64,000 nt of DNA from Phallusia mammillata (lineage: Eukaryota), in NCBI GenBank assembly GCA_965637545.1, contig OZ281501.1, positions 17,112,001-17,176,000 of the forward strand, read 5' to 3'. The notes below the pieces were generated by a model. It saw only the letters and a program-made list of their open reading frames with translations. It was not told where the DNA came from and made no database searches. This document shows, in pieces, positions 13,172-24,357 of the stretch. Made by a program: the position numbers and the translations under genes. Within the stretch, counting starts at the first letter, position 1, and every line of letters begins with the position of its first letter.

Positions 13172-16125
13172 GAGAACTTGTTAGTTTGAAATTTTCCGTG
13201 TTTGGCCATGGTTTGCTGGAGTTTTTGCTATAACACTGTTCAAAAAATTTGTCTTGCGGAAAATGAAAGAATACAACTTTCGACATATAAAATGAGGCTC
13301 AAAACCCTAGAAAATCACATGACAAGAATGTGCGAATGGACTTGACAAGCATTTTAACACAAATGAAAAATTGGTGCAAGAAAAAAGTGCCCTAAATGTA
13401 AAGCTATAAGTATAATGGAACGAAAGTTTGTCGTTTTGAAGAACGAAACGTCCAAGTGCCCGTCTTAATAAAACCACAATCTTTTGTCACACATGGTTTT
13501 GTTTACTATTTCAATCACGCTTACCAAAACACATGTGTCAATCTTGGCTCATGCCTTTAGTATATGACCCGAAAACACACCATGCATTGGTATTAACGTG
13601 AGGCAACCTTAAACAACACACACACACGCCCTTCCTAGTTCCCGAACGTAATGCAAGCTGGAATTGCAACGGAAAAACGTCAATACTGTCGCGAAAGGTT
13701 GTTTTGAGAGAGATTAAATTCACAGAAATGTTAATTAATCAAATGCACGAATAAGGGAAACGGAAAAGACACGTCCTGCAAACCCGATTGGTCACTTTTA
13801 ATTTGACGGATGTGACAAGGGGTTGCGGTTGTTGTTGATTTCTATATAACGCCTAAGTTGCTTTACAGCGGTGTTCGCGGCTATAGGGATCGATAAATAA
13901 ATTTGATTCAGCCTGCGCTTCCTTAGAGGTGTTTGCATGCAAATGTTATGTAGATTTTAGTTTTATAATTCAGCGAAAATTAGCACTGTAGTTGCAAAGT
14001 AGTGCAGGGTCAACATTTTACATCACATATTGGGCCTTTGACGCCTGATTTTTGGAGACTGGATTTTACTTCGTAGGTTTTACTTTGGATCAATCAGGAG
14101 CGGGAAAATTATCTTTTAAGTCATTTTCGAATTTTGTTGGTCGATTTTATTACCTAACCCCTCTTTCGAACTTTAGAAAGGTACACGCTGTCTTATTTTA
14201 TAAAGTTCTTGGGCAATTAAGATGAACATAAATTCATAACTGGGATCAACCCTGAAGCGTCTAATGCTTGGTGACCGGCTGATTCGGTATAGCGCCTTCA
14301 ATGGGCCTGGCGTACTGTGGTTCTTGGGCAATGTATGTTTTTAATCATAACTATAAGAACATAATGTCCAAAATCCAATCAACTTTAGATAGTACATAGC
14401 AAATAACAAAATCACTTTATATAAGTCTATCCTATCTAAGTCGCAAATTTGTATTTATAAGATGTGAAAAAATGCACCCAATTAATCTGTGTCAAAAAGG
14501 AACATCGTTTAAATAGTTCACATGTTTTTCAACTGCCTGGCAGTCATTTTCGGGAGGACGTTTTCGCAGGAGCGGAATCTACGGAATGCAAAAAAATGGG
14601 AACTCCCAGTGAGTCAGTGAGAATGCACGCGAAAAAAACAACTTGATCCTCAAATTTGCCCCGAATCGCCCGGACCAGACAGACATCTGCCAAGCAGAAG
14701 CGCCGGTCGGAATTAAAAATTCAAAGCACATTTTTGTGAGTAATAGACTTCGGCTGGAATCTCAAGCTTAAATTACCACTTCTAAAGGCAGAGTTCAAAC
14801 CGTAGCGAATAGAGCTGGGTTTATGGCAACCATTTTGTTCGGGTTATAAGCTGGCACCATGCTGTTTTAGTGGAGAGGATATAAGGAAGATTTTTCGATG
14901 AAATACTAGGCATATTGGAAAAACATTTCGACTTAAACAAAGATTAACATTTCAAAACAGAAATGTGAAAAAGATCTAAAAAGGACAACCTTGAACTTTG
15001 TTTAATTTTACATTTAAACTAAATAACTCGCTGCGTGGGTTAAGTTTAATGCCAAGGGCGCGGGCGATACCCGGGCTAAGGTAAAGGATGATACCACAGC
15101 TTGTGACATTTGCTAGAAATGGTACCATTAATCAATGACAAATTATAATCGTTACGACAAAACTGGCAGTATCAAAATCACACATAGACATTTTAAGAAA
15201 ATTGTTTAAATCCAAATATGCTTTGTTCTTCTTACATATATGCCTACATTTTAAAAGATGTGTGACGCGGGTGAAAATAATTAGAAACGTTGATTGAACA
15301 TGGCGAAAAAGAAAACAAACACAAAAACGGAACAACCCGACCTTCTTGTACTCGCAAAGAAAGGCGATTACCAAAGACTCTTCACGTATAGCATATGTAT
15401 TGAAGCCACCACAAAATCATTCCACCACCCTTCGGTTATTATGTTTCAGTTTTACATGGAAACGCCAATCAAGACAGCATGGTGAAAGACAAAATATGGA
15501 TCAACGGTACAGAGACCCGCTCACAACGCAGTATAGTAAAACACATACCTTAATCCCATGTAATACGCGCTTGGACATTCAATTTATACTAGCTTAGTTT
15601 ACGCAAACAAAATATGATATTTTTGATAGGAAGTTTTGATTCTAGTTTATTTTTGTGTTTTGTGGTACAAGGCTTTTCTGGTCGTTAAATAAATTGTATA
15701 AAGCATTTTGAAATTAGCACTTTGGGAATTTAAATAACAAACAACAGTTAAACGCCCAAATGGGACAAATTGTAACACATAAAAACATTGTTGGTGTTTT
15801 AAAAACTGCTCCCAACAAAGCCAATGACACAATCTTCTAATAATTTACATCTGTGTTACAAAACTAACACAATAGCACCTGAATTCTAGGACAGGTCGAA
15901 AAAACAGGACATAGTGTAAGAAAAAAATGTGGAATCCATACAGCTGTGTGTAGGACTGAACGAATCGGTTGACAGATTCATTCCACATAGAGCTGGTTCG
16001 GCGAAATGCCAAAACACATAAATTTCCCAGAAGCCGGGAAGCCTCGTATCCTGGGCTTCTCACACGAGGCAGTTCGAAAACAACTGGTAATCCAGAGGGA
16101 GCGAGAAAGGTAACCGGGCACCGAG

Positions 16126-16172
16126 CGGAAGTGACGCACTTCTGCGTGGGTACGTCATAACAACTGACGTCA
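16126..16172. promoter_or_regulatory. ETS-CRE composite promoter-like element
   Basis: CGGAAGTGACGCA 16126-16138, then TACGTCA 16151 and a perfect TGACGTCA 16165-16172 in a locally CpG-rich patch. Confidence 0.45.
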
Positions 16173-19100
16173 GCAGCAAATCAATCTCGAAACACAAGAG
16201 CTTCCGTGTAGGGAATGGCGTTGGTAACCGTTATGTGTGTTTTGTAATCAATCAAACACATAGATGAACGTTGAGGACTGAATTTGGTTTGGATTAATAT
16301 CCTTTGATTTGTCTGTTTGACGAAACCACGAAACATTCATGCATGGAAAGAACAAGTTCAGCACTTGCAGCAAAGTCACACTATGTCAAATTTTGACCAA
16401 ACAATGTCCACTAAATCCCAAAGCAGGCTAATTTGAAACAAGATCGCCACCAAGCAGGGACATATTACAGTGATTAGGTATCAGAACAAACCATTTGATA
16501 CAGAACAAATCCCACTATGAAGGGATTGGGTCAGACAGAAAACTATCAAAGAACCACTTTGATGTGTGATGGCACGTTCCCACCGGGGGTAACAGCTCCC
16601 CAAAGGGAAATCACATTTATTCTCTTCCTAATAACAAATCAAGGATTTCCAACTTCCACTAGCGACTTCCGCTAGAAAGCATGACAATATCCGCAGGTTT
16701 CAAAGCTGCTGTCACACGTATGGGTAATTTACACATTTGGTGGCCATTCAAAGCGGTTACGACCACGATTTGTGTTGTCATCTGTAAACAAAGTTTTCTA
16801 GATGATCAACCAAAACAAAATCTCGTATAAACTGTACTTTGAGTTAAAAGGAGATCATTTCTGTTTGAAACGACTTTACAAGATTAACTTGGACTTCATA
16901 GAATTCAATTAGATAAATGAACAATTGTTTACACTTTCGAGGAAATATGAATAACATACATCATTGGTGTGTTTTGTATTCAATGCGGTTTCTTACTCAT
17001 ATGCCATTGATGGTTTGCTCTCAACTGACGTTGGTATTATCGTGCTTGACCAGTTTGTCCGCCCTCTGTGTGTATAATTGTGGTGTGATTCATAGGTCGT
17101 CAACATCAAGTTTGTCAGACTAATTGGATGTTAGGCATGACATTCTCAACAGGACAACCTTAGTGAAGCAAGTTTATTGTATGTTGGGCAGCCTATGCCT
17201 CACACACCTACAGCACGTACAGTTTTTGAAACAACAAACTGCAGCAAACTTAAGGAATTTGGGCAAAAACTTTTGGGATATGAAACTCCTCAAAAGTGAC
17301 CAAAAAATGTCCGCAGAACAAAACAATTCTAAGAAAATAAAGCAGCAAAGTTTTTAGGAGAAATAAACTGCAAAAAACATATTTGTGTTTAAAAATACGT
17401 TCAAATTATTTCACATAACTTGACGTTCACACCTAACTAAAAAGACTTTGCTAGAGCTGGAATTCGGCGAGCGACAACCTATACCAGACTTTAAAATGGC
17501 GTACGGAAAAATGGCTTCAGGCAGAAACCAAGGGTGATAGCAAAGTATCAAATCTTTAACAAACAGAAACACTCGTACCAAAGCTGATGTTCAAAACAAC
17601 GACGCAATTTGCAAACTGAAACCAAGACTCGAAGAATATGAATGAGATTAAACGAGAAAACAAGGTGATTCAGTTGGAACCTACATCAGCAGATGTTTTA
17701 TAATGTCGCGTCTTATCCAAACAAACTCCGGAAGGATTAGGATTTAGAAAGGCGAGTTTCCCCTGCGGCAAGTTCATTCCACCTCTAACAGCCGTTTATG
17801 ACTCGGGTACTTTCCGACTAGGGCCTAACTCCGGATAAATAATTCAGACGGAAAAGGCAGGCACTAAAGTGTGTGCAATGACATAATTTCAGTTGGAAAA
17901 CAGGGTGAATCATCAGCAGAAATTCCCAACCGGCACTTGATAATTCAAACCCCGAGAAGGTTGGAAAAGCATATGTGGCTTTTGCAAAATTAATACACGA
18001 CAATTTTCAACAACCCCAAAGGTTGTATAAAGTGGTGAACCCAAAATTGGACATTATTATGTCATTTTTGGTTTTTGTGCATCACGACGGACTTTTGCAA
18101 ATGTGTTTTGTGGTGCTTTGGACTTTTAACGTGATTAATGAAAAATTTGTGCCTAGAGGTATCTAACTACAGTAAGATCCACTACTCAAACTTTTTTGCT
18201 TTAAACGGTTTATCTAAATTTTCGTATTGATTATATGTTTTAACAACAACCGAACATTTAGTAAGATCCCTAATTTATGATTTACACACAAACATAGACT
18301 TAACAAAAGTGATTTACTATAAAAAGTACACCATATTTTCCGTGCAGTTCACCATTTTCCACGTGAATAATAAAACCCATCTGAAAACATTGTGTTCGGG
18401 TGGCCAAAGGACCAAGTTATATTACTAGTAGTCAACACCAAAGAGCATTCTAACTGGTATTGCAGAAATGTGCATCGCAAAATCACTTTAATAATGTTGA
18501 AACTGTACGTATATTTAAACACTTGTAAATGTCACCCTTACTGTTTGCTGTATAGTTGCGGTAAAACCATTAGGCAAGCCTGGTAGTTTTGAGGTTCTGC
18601 ATACAATCATGAATCACAGGTAAAAAAGTTTTTTTCAAGGCAAGTGACAAACCGAGACGACGTTTACGTTACGGATCAATTGTGGAGCTTGAAGTCACTT
18701 CTAAAAATATTCAAGTGACAATAGTTACACCGGAAAGGCACGGGAGAAAATTAGAATTTGAATAATTTGGTTCAACTTTTCAACTTGAAATTCAATCTAT
18801 ACGCACGTAAAGGTAACGTGAACCCAATATTTCGGGGAACAAAATTTTTAAAACAAAAAATTAAAGGAAACGGACAAGAAAAATGTACCAACATATTTTT
18901 AAGTGGACATGGGCGTTTAACATTTTAATTCATCTTAATACTTTTTTTAAAAATTTAATTAACCTCATTTACGCAGTTTTGTTTTCGAAAGGCGATGATT
19001 TTACAAAAAGTTTACTTGAATGAAACAAAACACATTTGTTTAAATGAAGAAAAAACAGGAAAAGTACTAACCAACAACATAACAACTCTCTAAACAGAAT

Positions 19101-22100
19101 TATTATGACCCACCCAACCCTCTTAAGTTGAACCAAACGTTTTCGAAAACTTGTCATCGCGATGAAGCAGGTTGCGACAGACATTCGAACAAATTGCGCC
19201 ACTGAAATCACCGTCAAAACACTTCGCTCCCCTTAAGCGATCACGCGCACCCTCATTGTGACGTAATAGAGTTCATCGAACGTTCGACAAACAACGTTGG
19301 TGGTTCAGGTGACTTTGGAAAGTTCGAAAACGACCAAAAACAACGGCACCAATCTGACTCGAGCATGAACGTTTCAGCACCGCTACATTTAACTCCGCAA
19401 CGTCACCACGTGACCATGCTTGACAACCATTAAGAAGTATTTTATTTGTGATTTTCCCACGACGGAATATCGACAAAAAATGGTCAACGGTCGGATTATA
19501 TGAGTCAGCAATACAATATTGGGCGGGATAGTTTGAATTGCCCCCGGCGGATATGATTTGAGAAAACAAATTTATTTTAGGGCGGGAGCATATGCGTCAC
19601 TCTGTCGTACATCGTCATGTCTTCGGCAAAGTAAAAAGTTTGATGTGTTACCTAACTTTAAAAGTTATATTAATAAAGGTTTAGACCAACACTTTCCTAA
19701 TTTTGTTGCTTTTAACTTTAAAACGAACAAAACACTAAAGGAAAATCAGTCTTAACGTCCATCGTTTGAATAGCCATCGAGTTAAAGAAAAATAATAACT
19801 GTAAAACAGCTTTCAAAATTCACCAAAAAAAATCGAGACAATCATTATACATCAGCTTTGGGGAAACCAAGCAATTGAAGTCCAAGGTTAAAAAGCAAAA
19901 TTTAAAATCAGTGTGGATGAAGTCATTCTGTTTTTTTTTTTTATAAAAGTTGACCGCTTTCTTTGTGCCATGGGGGTTAGTGACTCTACCAGGCGGCAGG
20001 CGTAGGACCACCACGACGAAAAACAACTTTCGAAAAATTGGGAAACCAAAGAAAGCTTTCGACGCGCATCAAACGACACACGTCAAAATGAACATCTGTC
20101 TACTGTAAAGCAACGAATATGAATCATCAGAAAGAAACAAAAGAGACGCGAGGAGGGTGGCATCAAAAGATCAGGGACTGGCTAGGCGGAACATAAGGAC
20201 AATAAATGCCTTATCAAGTCTTCGTTCAACAGTGATTCACATCGGCGCTGACCGATAGCTTCATCTGACAAACAGTTGATTCAGTCACGAATTGGGCAAA
20301 CAAGCGGGCGGTGATATATAAAACATTGCGGCGAGACGAGCACGGAAAGGTTTCAAGCATGAAACAGCTTTTAAATTAGGATTCGGCCACCAACGCTTGT
20401 GACTCATTTCAAGTTGGTTTGCCAGTTTGTTTGACAAATTAGAAACTAGTGTGTTGATTTGGATACAAAATGTCTTAAATCTATCTGGGAAAAATGATTT
20501 GAAAATCGAATAATTTTTATGGAACTTTCCGCTTTTTGTAATCGATAAAATACTGTAAATTATTCAAGTTTGTAAAGTACAGTAAAGTTTCAATAAAATT
20601 CAACGATCAATGCCCGTCGACAACTTTCAAGGCATGTCATTTTGCACAGTATTTTACATCAAAGCAATGAAAAAACGATCTCTTTCTAGTATTATTACCA
20701 AGCGAAATTGTTTAGAAAATATCGATTTTATGCGTTTAAAAGTGTGTTGCGCAATTATTTTTGTAAGCAATAGTGGCATCCGTTTGTTAAAAACAACTGT
20801 ATATTACGGATATGTACCAATGTAACAAACTTTACCGAAATTCGGCCTTTACAGACTTTTTTGTCTGTTATATGTTGTTTCCTAACTGAACGTATGTTGT
20901 TCGGGTATAACAAGCTGCAGAAATACTGACAAAACATGCAACCAAATTTTAAAACTATTTATGTTGACAGAAAAGTTTAATAAACATTTTGTAAAAAAAA
21001 TACATTTGACAGTGGAGGATTATTTAGTTTAAAGTTTTAAAAACGTTAGTAAAACAAAAGCTGTACAAAACGTATGATACAAACAAATTCGTCTTTCATT
21101 GGATTCCATCGCTTTGTGTGCGCTAATGGAGTACAATATAAAATTTAGACCTAACAAAACCGACCTTAAACAACCACCATGTTCATGTTTTTCTCACAAC
21201 AGAAAAATCTTAAGCTCAACAAAGTTAAACGACCAAAACGGTCGCAAACGGTCAAAACGGTTATGTGTCGTTCCTGCACATAAGGAAGACGAAGAAACTT
21301 TCCTTAAAAATATTTTAAAACTTTGTAAATACACATCATTTACGAGACAAAATATGGCCACACAAATGTATCCAAACAGACTAGTTTTGTCAGTAAATCC
21401 TTTACAGCTAAAATTCCTAACGACTAACTCAATAGACGAGTTCGCCCGTGGTCGGCCAACAAAATGGCGACCGTTTTCCAAAAAATTTAGCGCAAAACTC
21501 GTCATCGGGAACAAACAAGATGAAATGAAAGTCAATAGCGCAGTAGACGCCAGACTGGGAACTTCGGAAACCGTTAAGAAAACACATGAGCAACTACGAA
21601 CTCGAAAACAAATTTGTAAGATTGACACTGAGTTGTGGATTTATTGAGGATCGGCCCTAATACGAATTCCTAGAAATCGTCAAGGACGTTTTTTTCGCCA
21701 AGGTCAAAACGTGAAAGCTCCAACCACACAGTTGTAACTACAAAGTAATTGTGGGATTGGGCAGGAGCTTCGCACATTGATTTCAATCGTCATGCAAGTG
21801 ATAAAAAGATTTAAAAATGCGACAAATCGGTACTAAATTGCAACAATCACAAAGAACGGGCCAAAAACCATATTGTCGTGGTACAAGTTTCTTGTCCCAC
21901 ACAAAAGACAAAAGACTTGTTACTAAAAGGCAATTATCGACAAAAAATCCTATGCTGACGGAAAAATAACAAATCACTTAGCAAACGGGTTAACTCAGTA
22001 ACGCCATCTAGCGGTTTAAGTTTGAAATACACTTTGCCGCCAAATTCAAACAAAATTTCAAAACCAATAATCAAACCAACACAATAAGAAGCCAACATGT

Positions 22101-22147
22101 CTGCCCTACTACAAAATAAGAGGTAAAACAACATTTATTTTGCTAAC

Positions 22148-22993
22148 CTGGTCTTGGGTTTCTTGGGTTGCAAGCCATATCATCAGCAAGCATCAGAATG
22201 ATTTGACTAAAAATAAATAAAAGGTGGCAAGTTAACACATTTTTTTATAATTGATATTTAACATTTACTCACAACATATATTTAAATTTTAAACAATGCT
22301 GTTTCCATTTTAGTTTTCTATTCGTATTTTTATTTGACAACTTGAATAATAGTACTGTGCAACACAAATAACAGAAGAATATAAAAACCTGTCTGGAATG
22401 CCCAGTCTTTTCACACTTCTATAGACAGATAGAGCATTGGCAACATGGCGATAGTTAAACCAAAATCTTGACGTGCAAACCTACAAAAGTTAAAATTTAT
22501 GTTATTTTTTTCCTGTAGATATGAATTTTTTTTTGTTTCTTACCAATACAGCCCAGTTGTTTGTATGGGAACTGCCAGAAAAGTGCTTGTTAACCTGAAA
22601 AACATTTTGTTTATTCTATCACCGTACTAACTGTTTCTCAATATGTAATGGTTATATATTTCGACTGGCACAGACAATACTAAAATCAAGGCACAATTGT
22701 GAATTATTGTTGGCAGCTGGTATGTAAAATTGTAAGACATTGTCAAAAATTACAACACTTAATTCCAAATAATTAAGGTGTTAGAAAGTGTAAATCTTGG
22801 ACATTTATTACATTTCTACTAATATTCAAAAACTATTGCTTGACCTTTGTGGTACTTAACAAATGATACAATATTGAAAATGTTCAATAAAACTACAAAC
22901 CTCTTGGGTAACTTTTGTATTCTTTGCCAAAGAAGCATGACTGGTCGAAATTATGTACAAGAGAAAAGCTAATGGAGTAATATTAATATGCAT
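22148..22993 (-). CDS. PIGK: GPI-anchor transamidase catalytic subunit (PIG-K/GPI8), 5' partial: coding exons 1-4
   Basis: Minus-strand exons 22993-22901, 22594-22544, 22480-22389 and 22206-22148, all GT-AG and phase-consistent (295 nt). They give [31 protein letters not shown]|[17 protein letters not shown]|[31 protein letters not shown]|[19 protein letters not shown]. The [20 protein letters not shown]...RLGIPDS...[13 protein letters not shown] string is the GPI8 signature, and exon 1 looks like a signal peptide. Not in the ORF track. Downstream exons not found in the window. Confidence 0.92.
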
Positions 22994-22999
22994 GTTGCC

Positions 23000-24357
23000 A
23001 TACAAAATCACAGTGTTACTACAATAAGCATAGGAGTCAGAACTATGAACTAATAAAAAATTTAATCCTAAATTGAAGTGCTAAAGAAAAATTTATGGCA
23101 GCAGTATTGCAAAAAAATGTTTGTTACAAATATATACATTTTATATGTGCATATTTTCTGTGTAATTTGTAGCATAGTACCAATGTTATACCAATATAAC
23201 ATAAACAAGCATACATAATAATAAATATTCCTGTGTTAAAACAGGTGTACACAATAATTGCCTAAATAAACCATGAAACAAGCAATACCAAAATTATTAC
23301 AATAAAAACTACAATAAATCGATACCAATGTACAAATCGAAACATATACGCGCAAAAAGTAAATAAACTGCAAAATCCGCATTAATGAGTAATTGCAGTC
23401 ATGTAAGCCGCGTTTTAAAAATTTGCAAAGCTAAATCGAATTTCCTGGCATTAGCGAATCGGCTCGGGTAACCACTGCGAGCCAAACTACCCATGCGTGC
23501 AATAACTCGTATCAGCACATGTTTTCATGCGTTTTGATAACGGATGCTGTTTTAGAACGTTGTGCAAAAATTTTGTACCCATATATCAGCGAAAAAATTA
23601 GCAAGTGAAAATAACTATGTAAGGTAAAAAAAAACAGTTGGAGGGCAAGGTTTTTTTTTATCTGGGACTAAATTTACACCAAGGGGTTATTTGGCATCTC
23701 GTAGAGGTATATTTTATTATTTTTGAGTTTTGGGAATATAAATATTGTGTCAAGGATCCCTGGGTGAAATTTTGTTTTTGAAACCCTTCATTGAATGGGA
23801 TGAACAATTGACAAACAGTCAATAAATTACTGTACACTGCCAAACATAACAAACATTAAGTATTGATTTAAAACTACACAGGCACATTCGTGACAAAATG
23901 CACACCATTTAAAACCCATAACATGTCAAAGCTTATCTATAAATATTGAGGGAACGGCCTGTTAAATGTCTTCAGACGTGACTGCTGGTGGTACCGGTTG
24001 CTATGGCACAGACAAATGGACGGTTGCCAAGTTTCGTTTGAACGCCTTTTTCTGATCGTTTGGTCTCGTTGTGTGGCATGATTGACTTTTTTCTTGCTTA
24101 ACAACTAACGAAATAAGGGATTTTTAGTGTAAACTGCTGCAAAAACGTTGGTAAACTACCATACCAGATTAAAAATGTATACTGGAAAATGTAAACTATC
24201 ATAAAAAGTACTTTTTTATTTGCCCAATACACTAATACAAAACAATATATTGATTGTAGAGTTCCTTAAAAGTGGTTAAACAAGTTACAGAGAGCATGAT
24301 TTAATTTGTTTGTAATTTTCAGAACATGCAATATAGGCTACAATAGTTATTGCAAAA
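23000..24357. promoter_or_regulatory. Head-to-head (bidirectional) promoter interval PIGK <-> PARP2
   Basis: Divergent start codons at 22993 (-) and 24358 (+). CpG-richer patches near 23400-23560 and 23950-24080, an X-box-like GTTGCTATGGCAC at 23997-24009, and a probable PARP2 5'UTR intron 24151-24322 (TTG|GTAAAC...TTTTCAG|). Confidence 0.55.

Noticed and set aside
14271-14335. tRNA/SINE-like GGTGACCGGCTGATTCGGTATAGCGCC...
   Set aside because: Only a D-arm-like fragment; anticodon stem of 3 bp, no GTTCRA T-loop, no acceptor stem.
21099-21647. 182-aa ORF with an overlapping 144-aa antisense ORF
   Set aside because: Non-ATG start in the track, no domain similarity I recognise, lies antisense within the presumed PIGK intron; probably chance.
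22628-22740. Possible relic alternative PIGK exon 1 (MSYNF...LILVLSV... / HIEKQ resembling vertebrate SHIEDQ)
   Set aside because: Needs a frameshift (in-frame TAA before HIEKQ), has no in-phase donor leaving more than a 33-37 nt intron, and exon 22993-22901 fits cleanly.
24329-24343. 15-mer CAATATAGGCTACAA repeated at 53879-53893
   Set aside because: TAGGCTA/TAGCCTA words recur throughout the window; no extended homology.
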